Below are positions 39,072 through 49,048 of a stretch of 64,000 nt of DNA, piece after piece (position 1 is the first letter of the stretch; every line of letters begins with the position of its first letter). Source of the stretch: Candidatus Omnitrophota bacterium (GTDB lineage: Bacteria > Omnitrophota > Omnitrophia > Omnitrophales > JACROU01). The stretch lies in NCBI GenBank assembly GCA_016214265.1, contig JACROU010000049.1, forward strand, positions 9,589-73,588, given 5' to 3'. Made by a program: the position numbers and the translations under genes. The notes beneath the pieces were generated by a model. The model was not told the DNA's origin, did not search any database, and saw only the letters and a program-made list of their open reading frames with translations.

Positions 39072-40565
39072 ATGAAGCAAATTATATCCTTGATGTTAGC
39101 TCTTTTAATGACGGTTCCCGCATACGCTCAGACTCTCGTACGGGCGCAGGATCCCACACCCGCTGTCGACTCAGGTAAAGACAAGGCAACTGTTGCTAGC
39201 CAAGATAATCTTCCTCCTGGAAATGTTAATCTTGATTTTAAAGAAGCGGATATCAAAAACGTGCTTCGCGTGATTGCTCTGAAGGGCGGGGTGAATATTG
39301 TCGCTGGTCCCGAGGTGGCGGGAACGGTAACAGTCCGACTTCAAAATGTTCCGTGGGAAAAGGCTTTAGAAGTAGTGCTTAAAACTTACGGGTACGTATT
39401 TGAACGTGACGGAAATGTGGTGCGTGTGACTACAAAAGACAAAGTGGCTCAGGAAGAATTGGAAACGAAGACATTTTTCTTGAATTACTCGACGGCAACA
39501 GAAGTTATGGATTCGATTTCAGAATTGTTGTCAGATCGCGGAAAAGTAAAAGCGAATGTTCGGACGAATACTATTATCGTGACGGATGTGGCCGCCAATC
39601 TTTACAAAATTTCGCAAGTGGTTGCGAATTTGGATCGACGGACGCCGCAGGCTTATATCGATTCGAAAATTATTAATACGCAGCTTGATAAGTCGGAGAA
39701 TTTGGGAATAAATTGGAATGTTGCCGGAACTCTACAGGGTGCGGCCGTGCCAACGACGTTTCCGTTTGATTCGGGAAGAGGAACGCCGTTGGGAGGTGCT
39801 GGAGGGTCGTTTTTTCCTATTTTACAACCTGGAGGAACACCGATTCCCAATCCGACAAATCCGCGAGCATTTCCTCAATTGGCTGTAGCTACGGCAAATG
39901 TTGCAAGCGAAACTTATACTCTTGGAACTTTGAGTTTGGCAGCTTTTGCAGCAACACTGAATTTGTTAAGGACGCGAACGAACACAAAGATTGTTTCAAA
40001 TCCGCGTATTGTCGTTTTAAATAATCAAACAGCAAAGGTGCAGGTAGGGCAGGAAATTTACATTCCACATTTTGAATTAAATGAACAAACAGGTGCTTAT
40101 GTAATTAATGATTTTGAACATAAAGATATCGGGGTGGTCATGAATGTGACTCCCCATATTAATACTGCGGAAGAAATCATGGTTGAAGTTAAACCAGAAG
40201 TGAGTACGCAGGGACCCAACGTGGTTTACACCCCAACATTGAGCGCTCCCACATTCAACAAAACGGTTGCATCAACTCAAGTGTTGATTCGAGATGGCGA
40301 GACGATTGCGATTGGGGGATTGATGACAGATAATCGTGCATCAACGTATACGCGGGTTCCTTTTTTTGGTGATCTTCCATGGGTGGGTAATGTATTCAGG
40401 GCAAAACGGGAAACAGCTGATGCCACTAACAGAAAGGCAGAAACCCTTTTCTTTGTCACAGTAGGCATTATAGATACAGAAGGACAGCTTACTCGTGAAA
40501 CATTACATCCCCAATTAGATCAAGTTGCAGGTGCTGCCGTTACTGGAGCAAAGGCAACTTCGTAA
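39072..40565 (+). CDS. pilQ: Type IV pilus secretin PilQ (short form)
   Basis: Signal peptide, LDFKEADIKNVL, VTVRLQNVPWEKAL, LGINW, SNPRIVVLNNQTA, GETIAIGGL, VPFFGDLPWVGNVF. Confidence 0.88.
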   Translation: MKQIISLMLALLMTVPAYAQTLVRAQDPTPAVDSGKDKATVASQDNLPPGNVNLDFKEADIKNVLRVIALKGGVNIVAGPEVAGTVTVRLQNVPWEKALEVVLKTYGYVFERDGNVVRVTTKDKVAQEELETKTFFLNYSTATEVMDSISELLSDRGKVKANVRTNTIIVTDVAANLYKISQVVANLDRRTPQAYIDSKIINTQLDKSENLGINWNVAGTLQGAAVPTTFPFDSGRGTPLGGAGGSFFPILQPGGTPIPNPTNPRAFPQLAVATANVASETYTLGTLSLAAFAATLNLLRTRTNTKIVSNPRIVVLNNQTAKVQVGQEIYIPHFELNEQTGAYVINDFEHKDIGVVMNVTPHINTAEEIMVEVKPEVSTQGPNVVYTPTLSAPTFNKTVASTQVLIRDGETIAIGGLMTDNRASTYTRVPFFGDLPWVGNVFRAKRETADATNRKAETLFFVTVGIIDTEGQLTRETLHPQLDQVAGAAVTGAKATS

Positions 40566-40668
40566 TTCACTTCCTCTCAAGGTTCATTTGTTGCTGAATC
40601 TTGTCTAATTTCTTCAGCCAATTTTTATTATCAGTCTCATTACATCTAAAAAAAGGAATTCCATTACC

Positions 40669-42249
40669 ATGAAACGTGAAATTTTAATTAGTCTCGAAGC
40701 CAACGAAAAGCGTGTGGCGATTCTCGAGAATGGCCAGCTCGAGGAATTTTTTATCGAGCGTGCCGATCAAAAATATATGCTGGGTAATATTTACAAAGGG
40801 ACGGTGCGTACCATCGTTCCCGGAATCGAGGCGGCATTTATCAATATTGGCTCCGAAAAGGACGGTTTTCTTTACGTCACCGATGCGGTACGGAATCCTC
40901 TGGATGCCGAGGAAGAACCCGGCGAAGTGGAGGGAGACGATGAAATCGAGGAAGTCCGCAAGCCCGCGAGGCGTCAACATCATTCCCGCGTCAAAATTAA
41001 TGAACTCTTGAAAGAAGGCCAGGAAGTCATTGTACAGGTAGTCAAAGAGCCTATTCGAACCAAGGGGCCGCGCTTGACTACTTTCTTTTCATTTCCTGCG
41101 CGCTATCTGGTGATGATGCCTGGCGAGCGTCGTTTGGGCTTGAGTCGACGCATTAACGAGCCCAAGGAACGAGAGCGCATCCGAGCTATTTTTAACCGCA
41201 TGGATATCCCTGAAGATGTTGGTTTTATTGTGCGAACTGCTGCGGAAGGCAAGGCCGATAAAGAGTTTGAGCGCGATATCAAATATCTTTTGGGAATTTG
41301 GTCTCAGTTAAAAAAAGATATCAATACCAAGCCAGCTCCTTCTTTGATTCATGAAGAGCTGGATCTGGTCGAGCGAATTATCCGTGACTCTTTCACGGAA
41401 GAGACTGCTTCAATTATTGTCGATGATCGCCACATTTTTAGCAGTATTCAGAATTTTCTGAAGGTGTACATGCCTGATGAGCATGTCAATCTTCAGATGT
41501 ATCATGACCGGGTTCCGCTTTTTGAGAAATTTAATATCGAAAAAGAAATCGAGAAGACGTTTCAAAAAAACGTTTATTTAAAATCTGGCGGTCATTTGGT
41601 GATTGAACAAACCGAGAGTTTGGTGGCTATTGACGTCAATACCGGTAAGTTTACGGGACGTCATAATCTTGAGGAGACGGTGTATCGGACGAACTGCGAA
41701 GCGGCCCGTGAAATTGCGCGGCAGTTGCGGCTTCGCGATATCGGAGGCATTATCATTGCCGACTTTATCGACATGGAGGAGGAAGAACATCGGCGCAGTG
41801 TGCTTAGGATTTTTAAAGATGCTGTTCGCCGTGACCGTGCCAAAACGAATATTCTTAAAATTTCGGAACTTGGCTTAGTCGAGATGACGCGGCAACGGGT
41901 GCGCCCGTCGCATGAAAGCGCTCTTTATCAACCTTGTCCGCATTGCGGCGGGAAGGGCGTTGTGAAATCGGTGACGACGATGCTTATTCAAGCAATCAAG
42001 CAAATCCGCAAAGCGCTCAGTGACTCCAAGCGGAAAACCTTGGAGGTTTCTGTCCATCCTGACGTTGCAGAACGGTTGCTTGTCCAGGAAAAGCGTATTA
42101 TCAAGAATTTTGAGCATCAATATCAGAGTCGAATTATCATTATGGCTAATCCCGCGCTTCACGTTGAAGACATTCGCATCAATATTGGAAAGGCGCCGGA
42201 ACGCATGGGTGGAATCATGTCAATTTTCGGGGGGAAGAAGAAGCAATAG
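40669..42249 (+). CDS. Ribonuclease E/G family (catalytic domain only, RNase G size)
   Basis: GNIYKG, EAAFINIG, VQVVKEP..TKGPRLT, AIDVNTG, RLRDIGGIIIADFIDM, EMTRQR, CPHCGG Zn link. Confidence 0.93.
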   Translation: MKREILISLEANEKRVAILENGQLEEFFIERADQKYMLGNIYKGTVRTIVPGIEAAFINIGSEKDGFLYVTDAVRNPLDAEEEPGEVEGDDEIEEVRKPARRQHHSRVKINELLKEGQEVIVQVVKEPIRTKGPRLTTFFSFPARYLVMMPGERRLGLSRRINEPKERERIRAIFNRMDIPEDVGFIVRTAAEGKADKEFERDIKYLLGIWSQLKKDINTKPAPSLIHEELDLVERIIRDSFTEETASIIVDDRHIFSSIQNFLKVYMPDEHVNLQMYHDRVPLFEKFNIEKEIEKTFQKNVYLKSGGHLVIEQTESLVAIDVNTGKFTGRHNLEETVYRTNCEAAREIARQLRLRDIGGIIIADFIDMEEEEHRRSVLRIFKDAVRRDRAKTNILKISELGLVEMTRQRVRPSHESALYQPCPHCGGKGVVKSVTTMLIQAIKQIRKALSDSKRKTLEVSVHPDVAERLLVQEKRIIKNFEHQYQSRIIIMANPALHVEDIRINIGKAPERMGGIMSIFGGKKKQ

Positions 42250-42606
42250 CTTAGGGCCGTATAATTTGCTTTTTCTCAAAGGCTCCAAATCGGAATCGTG
42301 GGCTAGATGTTCGAAGTCTTCATAGCCGAGTTTTACAGCTTTTTTTACGGCTATGTAAGCTTTTTTTAACTGTCCCGTCAGACTATAACTGCATGCTAAA
42401 TTGTAAAAAATAGTGTCATCTTCAGGGCATAATGTCGCAAGCCGCTCATCGAGTAACAACCCCTTTTTGATTTCTCCTACTTTTGTGTAAAGATCGGCCA
42501 GGGCAATTAGTGCGTCGGTATAATGCGGTTTTTCTGTCAAAAGCGTTTCAAATAGGTTGATTTCAAAGTGAATTTGCTCATTGAGTTTTGATCGTGATGT
42601 GGCCAT
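42220..42606 (-). CDS. Small TPR protein
   Basis: LADLYTKVG, IFYNLACSYSL.G...KA, GYEDFEHL..DSDL TPR/TPR-end pattern; 30-bp convergent overlap with the RNase gene. Confidence 0.72.
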   Translation of the reverse strand: MATSRSKLNEQIHFEINLFETLLTEKPHYTDALIALADLYTKVGEIKKGLLLDERLATLCPEDDTIFYNLACSYSLTGQLKKAYIAVKKAVKLGYEDFEHLAHDSDLEPLRKSKLYGPKLLLLLPPEN

Positions 42607-42674
42607 AAAGTTCTCATCCTAACATGAAAATTGTTATATAATGCTGCAAAATTTTACACGAAAGGTGCTCTCAT

Positions 42675-43691
42675 TTGGAATATCTTCTATTTGTGGTCCT
42701 GTTTCTCCTGGGGATTTACTTTTTTTACGTCATGAGCCGGAATTTGCAAAATGACGTGAAAAGTCTGACTCAGGAAATAACCTCCTCGTTAAAGGATCAA
42801 AACCAGCTCCTCAACGAAACACAGCGGCATTTGGGAGACCGTCTGGATGGCGCAGCGCGCGTTGTAGGCGAGGTTCAGAACCGGCTTGGGCGTATGGAGC
42901 AGGCAAGCCAGCAGATTTTTGATTTGGGTAAGGATATCCGTCAGCTTGAAAATATTTTAAGAGCGCCGAAGCTTCGCGGTGTTTGGAGTGAACTATTTTT
43001 GGATGAACTGATCGCTCAGGTGGTTCCGAAGGAAAATTATATTCTTCAGTATGCGTTTAAAAACGGCGTGAAGGTTGATGCGGTTCTAACGTTGCAAGAA
43101 GGCCTTGTTCCCATAGATGCCAAGTTTCCACTCGAGAACTTCAAACGAATTTTGGAAAGTCAAGATGATGACGAGCGCCGACAGCTTAAAACGGCATTTG
43201 CTAATAACGTTAAGAAACATATCGATGATATTCATGACAAATACATTCTTCCCAAGGAAGGGACGTTTGATTTTGCTCTGATGTATATTCCTGCAGAAAA
43301 CGTTTATTACGAGATTATGTCCGGTCGTGACGAAGTGATAGGTGCCAAGGGGCTTGCCGAGTACGCCCGGTCCAAAAAAGTGATCGCGGTTTCGCCAAGC
43401 ACATTTTTTTCTTACCTTCAGACGATATTGCTTGGATTGAAAGGCATGCGTATCGAGCAAAGCGCCCGCGAAGTGCTGGAGCATTTGACGCGCCTGAAAA
43501 TAGATTTCTCAAAATTTACTGATGATTTCCGGGTTTTAGGGAATCACTTGAAAAATGTTCGTTCGACTTATGACCGCTGTGAAAAATTGATGGGCCGGGT
43601 GGATGAAGGCCTGTCGATTGCCGATCAAGGTGAAAAGGCCCTCCAACTTGAAAAAACAAAAGGGAAGGTTTCTGATGAAGAACTTGTTTAA
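42675..43691 (+). CDS. rmuC: DNA recombination protein RmuC family
   Basis: N-terminal TM + coiled coil, PKLRGVWSE, VPIDAKFP, KYI.P.EGTFDFALMYIPAE, SPSTF. Confidence 0.9.
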   Translation: MEYLLFVVLFLLGIYFFYVMSRNLQNDVKSLTQEITSSLKDQNQLLNETQRHLGDRLDGAARVVGEVQNRLGRMEQASQQIFDLGKDIRQLENILRAPKLRGVWSELFLDELIAQVVPKENYILQYAFKNGVKVDAVLTLQEGLVPIDAKFPLENFKRILESQDDDERRQLKTAFANNVKKHIDDIHDKYILPKEGTFDFALMYIPAENVYYEIMSGRDEVIGAKGLAEYARSKKVIAVSPSTFFSYLQTILLGLKGMRIEQSAREVLEHLTRLKIDFSKFTDDFRVLGNHLKNVRSTYDRCEKLMGRVDEGLSIADQGEKALQLEKTKGKVSDEELV

Positions 43692-44109
43692 AATCATTTC
43701 TGTCCAATTACTTTTTGTATCTGCACTCGGCATTGTATTTGCCCAGCAGCAAAATGAGGAGCAGCAGCCTGCACCGATTCCAGCGCAAGCGGCTGTCGTA
43801 CAGTCGGCGCAGTCAACGCAAGCGCTGACTCCGACCCCAGTACCATCACCGGTTCAGAAAGATGATAAACGATCTCTGACAGTAATGACGACAGACACGC
43901 CCGGCGTAGACATTGGGAAAAAAGATCTGCTGACAGAAATATTTGCGCCGGTTGGGGATGTGATGTTTGGTTTTATCAAAACATCTTCAGATGTTGTGGG
44001 TGGCGCGTGCCAGGGATGTGTGGATGCTTTCGAGGGAACCATGAAGTTTTTGCTGACGCCATTCGGTTTTAAGCCAGAGCATAGTGAAAAAAGGGTTTTG
44101 TTTTCATAA
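43675..44109 (+). CDS. Hypothetical exported protein
   Basis: Signal-like MKNLFKIISVQLLFVSALGIVFA-Q, Gln/Pro-rich linker, CQGC motif; start moved to ATG 43675. Confidence 0.55.
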   Translation: MKNLFKIISVQLLFVSALGIVFAQQQNEEQQPAPIPAQAAVVQSAQSTQALTPTPVPSPVQKDDKRSLTVMTTDTPGVDIGKKDLLTEIFAPVGDVMFGFIKTSSDVVGGACQGCVDAFEGTMKFLLTPFGFKPEHSEKRVLFS

Positions 44110-44130
44110 GCTAACGGATCCTGATTGATT

Positions 44131-44544
44131 ATGAAATTTCATACCGAATATCTTTGGTTCCAAACCAAAGAACCACGGGACTATATCAATATCACTTCCC
44201 AAATTGAGGAAATTATTCGCAGTAGTAAGATTCAGGAAGGGATGGTGCTCGTCTCAGCGATGCACATCACGGCCGGGGTTTATGTTAATGATGCTGAAGA
44301 CGGACTGATTCACGACATTGACCAGTGGCTTGAGAAACTATGTCCGTTCAAAAAAGATTATCGTCATCATCAAACCGGTGAAACGAATGGCGATGCGCAT
44401 CTGAAAAGTCTTTTAATTCATCACGAAATTATCGCTCCCATCACAAAAGGGCGCATCGATTTTGGCGCGTGGCAGCAGATTTATTATGCCGAGTTCGACG
44501 GCCAGAGAAAGAAACGCGTTATCGTCAAGGTGATGGGAGAGTAA
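44131..44544 (+). CDS. yjbQ: YjbQ / UPF0047 family protein
   Basis: [39 protein letters not shown]. Confidence 0.9.
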   Translation: MKFHTEYLWFQTKEPRDYINITSQIEEIIRSSKIQEGMVLVSAMHITAGVYVNDAEDGLIHDIDQWLEKLCPFKKDYRHHQTGETNGDAHLKSLLIHHEIIAPITKGRIDFGAWQQIYYAEFDGQRKKRVIVKVMGE

Positions 44545-44546
44545 TC

Positions 44547-45179
44547 GTGGTGCAATTCGATCTTTTCGAAGGTTCTGTCAATCAAATCCTTACGGCTTCT
44601 ACATATTTAAAATTCAAGAAACTTTTGTCCGGATCAGACTGTGAGCGTTGCACACTCTCGCATGCCAGAACGAATATTGTGGTTGACCGTGGTAATTCAA
44701 AATCAGAAATTATTTTTATTGGAGAGGCTCCGGGTGAGAAGGAAGACAAGCAGGGGAAGGCGTTTGTTGGCCGTGCCGGAAAACTACTGGATGAGTTTTT
44801 GCTCGAAATCGGGATTCAATCGGACCGGGATATTTTAATTCTTAACGTGGTGAAATGCCGCCCGCCGGAGAATCGGGCCCCGCTTGCGGAGGAGGCTAGC
44901 GCGTGCTCTCCGTTTTTAGCTCGCCAGCTGGTGTTAGTCCAGCCAAAGGTGATCGTGCTCTTGGGGGCTACGGCGTTGAAATATCTGGCTAAGGATAAAA
45001 AAGAGTTCGAGATGCACAAAGAGGTCGGCAAGTTTTTTATGCTTCCGGAATATCCCGGAATCCAGTTTTTCGTAATTTATCATCCCGCCTATCTTTTATA
45101 TGACCCGCGCAAAAAAGAAGTGTTTCGGAACCATTTGGCAAGGTTTAAACAATATTTGACGGATCGGAGGTTGTTATGA
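44547..45179 (+). CDS. Uracil-DNA glycosylase family 4 ([4Fe-4S])
   Basis: CERCTL, IGEAPG..ED..G.AFVGRAG, NVVKCRPPENR, YHPAYLL; start probably GTG 44547 or 44550. Confidence 0.92.
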   Translation: MVQFDLFEGSVNQILTASTYLKFKKLLSGSDCERCTLSHARTNIVVDRGNSKSEIIFIGEAPGEKEDKQGKAFVGRAGKLLDEFLLEIGIQSDRDILILNVVKCRPPENRAPLAEEASACSPFLARQLVLVQPKVIVLLGATALKYLAKDKKEFEMHKEVGKFFMLPEYPGIQFFVIYHPAYLLYDPRKKEVFRNHLARFKQYLTDRRLL

Positions 45180-46894
45180 CCACAAACTTGACAATCGCTC
45201 AAATATTCAACGATATCGCTGAGCTTTTAGAGCTCAAAGAAGAAAATCCGTTTAAGATCCGCGCCTACCGGAATGGGGCCCAAACGCTTGAGAATTTGAC
45301 AGAGGATGTTCACGAAGTTGCGCGACGTGAGGAACTTACCAAGTTGCCGGGAATTGGCAAGGATTTATCCGAGAAGATCAAAGAATTTTTGACCGCGCAC
45401 AAAATCAAATACTATGATCAGCTCAAAAAAGAAATCCCGCAGGTGCTTATAGATATGAAGAGTATTCCGGGAATCGGCCCCAAAAAGGCGCTGCTGTTGC
45501 ATAAAAAACTGAAAATCAAAAATTTGGGAGAGCTTGAGAAAAAATGTTCTGAACATAAATTGCAGACCTTGCCAGGCATTCGGGCTAAAACAGAAGAAAA
45601 TATTTTGAAGGGCCTCGAATTTCTAAAAAAATCCGAAGGCCGGTTTTCTCTGGAAAACGGAGTCCCGTTGGCGGATGAAATTATCAGAGCACTCAAAAAA
45701 CTGAAAGAGGTAAAGCGGATTTCAGTCGCGGGCAGTGTGCGGCGACGAAAAGATACGATTCATGATGTGGACATACTGGTTACCGCTCAAAATTCCGCTA
45801 AGGTGATGGAAACTTTCGTCGGACTTCCGGTTGTTTCGGATGTGATTGCCGAAGGCGATACCAAGTCGAGCATTCGCACAATCAATGGTTTGCAGGCGGA
45901 TTTGCGTGTGGTTGATCCCGCGGCTTATGGAGCTTGTCTCCTTTATTTTACGGGTTCAAAAGCGCATAACATCCGCATCCGGGACATTGCTAAGAAAAAG
46001 GGGTACAAACTTAACGAGTACGGACTTTTTAGCGAAAAAAACGACAAACTTATCGCCAGCAAGAGTGAGGAGGAAATCTATAAAATTTTAGGGATGGAAT
46101 GCGTGCCGCCTGAGCTTCGGGAAGATCACGGGGAAGTTGAAGTTGCGCTCAAACACGCACTTCCGCATCTTGTAACCGAGAAACAAATTAGGGGCGATTT
46201 CCATTCACACACTAACGAAAGTGATGGTGAGAATACACTCGAGGAGATGGCGGAATCGGCAAGGAAACATGGGTTGGAATATTTGGTGGTGACCGATCAT
46301 TCTAAGTCGCTCACGGTAGCAAATGGACTGACGGAAAAAAGGCTTATGGCTCGCGTTGAGGCGATTCGCAAGCTCAACAAGAAATTAAAGGGATTGACGC
46401 TTTTGACCGGTTCTGAGGTCGATATTTTAGCGGACGGAGTGCTGGATTATTCGGACGATGTGTTGAAGGAGTTGGATTTTGTGGTTGCTTCGATTCATAG
46501 CGGATTTAAGCAACCCCGCGAAAAAATGACTCAGCGGATTCTGAAGGCGATGGATAACAAATACGTCAATCTGATTGGGCATCCGACAGGACGACTAATC
46601 GGTATCCGCGATGCCTACGACGTCGATGTGGATAAAATGATTCGTCATGCAAAAGCAACGAATACGGCGCTTGAAATTAACGCCCATCCGAAAAGGCTGG
46701 ATTTGAACGAGGTTTATATTCGTCAGTCTGTTGACGCTGGCGTAACCCTGGCTATCGCGACGGATTCGCATGCCGTGAACCAATTTGATAATCTGACGTA
46801 CGGTGTCAGCGAAGCGCGACGAGGATGGTGCGAGTCGAAAAATATTTTGAACACACTGACTCTTGCCGAATTGAGGAAGAAGATCAGAAAATGA
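45176..46894 (+). CDS. polX: DNA polymerase X family with C-terminal PHP domain
   Basis: ENPFKIRAY, GIG HhH, AGSVRR.K.TIHDVDIL, YFTGSKAHN, PPELRE, PHP motifs DFHSHT..SDG, TDHS, GHPTGR, TDSH. Confidence 0.95.
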   Translation: MTTNLTIAQIFNDIAELLELKEENPFKIRAYRNGAQTLENLTEDVHEVARREELTKLPGIGKDLSEKIKEFLTAHKIKYYDQLKKEIPQVLIDMKSIPGIGPKKALLLHKKLKIKNLGELEKKCSEHKLQTLPGIRAKTEENILKGLEFLKKSEGRFSLENGVPLADEIIRALKKLKEVKRISVAGSVRRRKDTIHDVDILVTAQNSAKVMETFVGLPVVSDVIAEGDTKSSIRTINGLQADLRVVDPAAYGACLLYFTGSKAHNIRIRDIAKKKGYKLNEYGLFSEKNDKLIASKSEEEIYKILGMECVPPELREDHGEVEVALKHALPHLVTEKQIRGDFHSHTNESDGENTLEEMAESARKHGLEYLVVTDHSKSLTVANGLTEKRLMARVEAIRKLNKKLKGLTLLTGSEVDILADGVLDYSDDVLKELDFVVASIHSGFKQPREKMTQRILKAMDNKYVNLIGHPTGRLIGIRDAYDVDVDKMIRHAKATNTALEINAHPKRLDLNEVYIRQSVDAGVTLAIATDSHAVNQFDNLTYGVSEARRGWCESKNILNTLTLAELRKKIRK

Positions 46895-46918
46895 TTATCA
46901 TCCCGGCAAGAACCGGGA

Positions 46919-47212
46919 ATGGCGGAAAGAATTATGGCACAAGAACGATTGCGATTAGTGATAAGTGGATATGTCCAGGGAGTCTTTTTCCGGGCGCATG
47001 CTGATTCAGAAGCGAAGAAGCTCGGACTTAAGGGATGGGTCCGCAATAGAGCGGATGGAACTGTCGAAATTGTTGCGGAAGGCGAACGAAAAGCTTTAGA
47101 TCGGCTCAAAGAATGGGCGCATCACGGTCCTCCGTCTGCCCGGGTGACAGATGTTAAAGTTAATTATGAGCCGCCAACGGATGAATTTGAAAATTTTTCA
47201 GTGAGATATTGA
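46919..47212 (+). CDS. acyP: Acylphosphatase
   Basis: GYVQGVFFR, GWVRNRADGTVE, GPPSARV. Confidence 0.93.
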   Translation: MAERIMAQERLRLVISGYVQGVFFRAHADSEAKKLGLKGWVRNRADGTVEIVAEGERKALDRLKEWAHHGPPSARVTDVKVNYEPPTDEFENFSVRY

Positions 47213-47213
47213 T

Positions 47214-48515
47214 ATGAAATCGACCGCGTTAAAAATTCTCAAAACTTTAAGAAAATCCGGGTATGAAGCACTTTGGGCCGGGGGGAGTGTTCGGGATTTG
47301 GTTATGAGAAAAAAGCCGCATGATTTCGATATCGCGACTTCTGCCAAACCGGAAGATGTGGAACGGTTGTTCAAAAGGACCATTCCTGTCGGCAAACAGT
47401 TCGGTGTTATTTTGGTTCATGAGGACGCTCAGAACTTTGAAGTGGCAACGTTCCGTTCCGAAGGTAAGTATGTTGACGGACGGCATCCGGAAGAAGTGCG
47501 TTTTACCACGGCGAAAGAAGATGCTCTGCGTCGGGACTTTACGGTAAACGCGCTTTTTTATGATCCGATAACGAAGAAAGTAATAGATTATGTGGACGGC
47601 CGTAAAGATATTCGCGCAAAAATTATCCGAACGGTAGGGGATCCGTACAAACGATTTGAGGAAGATAAGCTTCGTATTCTTCGGGCGATTCGTTTTGCCG
47701 CTAATCTCAATTTCAACATTGAACCGAATACCTGGAAAGCGGTCCGGGATACAGCGTCTAAAATTAATCAGGTTAGTCAGGAGCGGATTCGTGAAGAGCT
47801 CGTCAAAATTCTTACTCGATCCAACGCCGGAAAAGGGCTGCTTCTGCTTGACGAAAGCGGTTTGTTGAAAGAAATTTTGCCTGAAATTGCTGCAATGAAA
47901 GGTGTTGAGCAGGGAAAAGATTTTCATCCAGAAGGGGATGTTTTTATTCACACCAAATTGCTGCTCGATAAATTAAAGCATCCAGACGTGACGCTTGCTT
48001 TCGGGGCGCTCCTTCATGATGTGGGCAAGCCCGTAACGTTCCAGCGGGAAGGTGAGAAAATCCATTTTTATCAGCATGCCGATATCGGTGCTCAAATGAC
48101 GAAACAATTGATGAAGCGGCTGCGGTTTTCGAATAAAGAAATTGAGGATGTTACGGAATGTGTTCAAGACCACATGAAGTTCGCGGATGTGAAGAAAATG
48201 CGTGAGGGTAAGTTAAAACGATTTCTGGCCTCTGAAACTTTTTCGGTTCAACTGGAACTTCACCGGATCGACTGTCTTTCCAGCCACGGAAAGCTGGATA
48301 ATTATCAATTTTTGAAGAATAAGATCCGCCAAATCCGCAAAGAAGACTTGAAACCCAAGCCATTGATTAGTGGAGAGGACTTAATTGAGGCCGGATATCG
48401 GCCTGGGCCGGCAATGGGTAAAATTCTCCACGAAGCCTATGATGCCCAGCTGGAAGGGGTTATAAAGAATCGGGAAGCGGCTTTAAAGTGGGTTGAAGGG
48501 CGTTTTAAGTGTTAA
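47214..48515 (+). CDS. Class II tRNA nucleotidyltransferase (CCA-adding / poly(A) polymerase family) with HD domain
   Basis: AGGSVRD, DFDIAT, EVATFR, RRDFTVNA, EDKLRILRAIRF, ERIREE, HPEGDV..HT, LLHDVGK. Confidence 0.9.
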   Translation: MKSTALKILKTLRKSGYEALWAGGSVRDLVMRKKPHDFDIATSAKPEDVERLFKRTIPVGKQFGVILVHEDAQNFEVATFRSEGKYVDGRHPEEVRFTTAKEDALRRDFTVNALFYDPITKKVIDYVDGRKDIRAKIIRTVGDPYKRFEEDKLRILRAIRFAANLNFNIEPNTWKAVRDTASKINQVSQERIREELVKILTRSNAGKGLLLLDESGLLKEILPEIAAMKGVEQGKDFHPEGDVFIHTKLLLDKLKHPDVTLAFGALLHDVGKPVTFQREGEKIHFYQHADIGAQMTKQLMKRLRFSNKEIEDVTECVQDHMKFADVKKMREGKLKRFLASETFSVQLELHRIDCLSSHGKLDNYQFLKNKIRQIRKEDLKPKPLISGEDLIEAGYRPGPAMGKILHEAYDAQLEGVIKNREAALKWVEGRFKC

Positions 48516-48583
48516 ACTTCTTATAGAATGCGCTTTTATATGAGAAAATACGCAATTCCAGCATGTGAGAGGGGGGCTTAAGG

Positions 48584-49048
48584 ATGAGCGTCTCCATTAA
48601 GTTAAAAGATCTTCTGGACAAGAATCGTATCAAATACAAAGCAATGGTCCACAGCCGGGTAATTACGGCGCAAGAAGTTGCGCAGGTCGAACACATTCCT
48701 GGGAGGGATCTTGCAAAAACTGTGGTAATCCGTAAAGGCAAAGAGTACTTTTTATTTGTTCTACCGGCTCCGAAGCAGGTTGATTTTTCCGAGGTGAGAA
48801 AATTGTTTAACTCACACGATGTTGCCCTTGCTACGGAAGCGGAATTCCGGGGGCTTTTTCCGGATAGTGAGTTGGGGGCAATGCCTCCTTTCGGAGTTAT
48901 CTATGGAATTAAAACGTACGTGGATGACTCGCTGAAATCTGAAAAAGAAATTGCATTTAATGCCGGTACGCATACGGACACCATTTTGATGTCCCGTGAG
49001 GATTATGAAAAAGTGGTTAAACCCGATTACATTAAGTTCGCAGCATGA
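48584..49048 (+). CDS. YbaK/ProX-family aminoacyl-tRNA deacylase
   Basis: LAKTVV, LATEAE...FPDSELGAMPPFG, FNAGTH. Confidence 0.88.
   Translation: MSVSIKLKDLLDKNRIKYKAMVHSRVITAQEVAQVEHIPGRDLAKTVVIRKGKEYFLFVLPAPKQVDFSEVRKLFNSHDVALATEAEFRGLFPDSELGAMPPFGVIYGIKTYVDDSLKSEKEIAFNAGTHTDTILMSREDYEKVVKPDYIKFAA

Noticed and set aside
40592-40630. Possible terminator after pilQ (GCTGAA...TTCAGC + T-run)
   Set aside because: Short stem with a 14-nt loop; too weak to call
42675-46894. Anti-phage defence island or mobile element (RmuC nuclease fold, PolX, UDG)
   Set aside because: No integrase, transposase, att repeats or obvious compositional shift; the genes are common housekeeping repair families
47247-47951. 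Long antisense ORFs (234 aa here; also 18093-18689, 59150-59695 and 61706-62341)
   Set aside because: They lie fully opposite well-conserved genes and show no recognisable motifs
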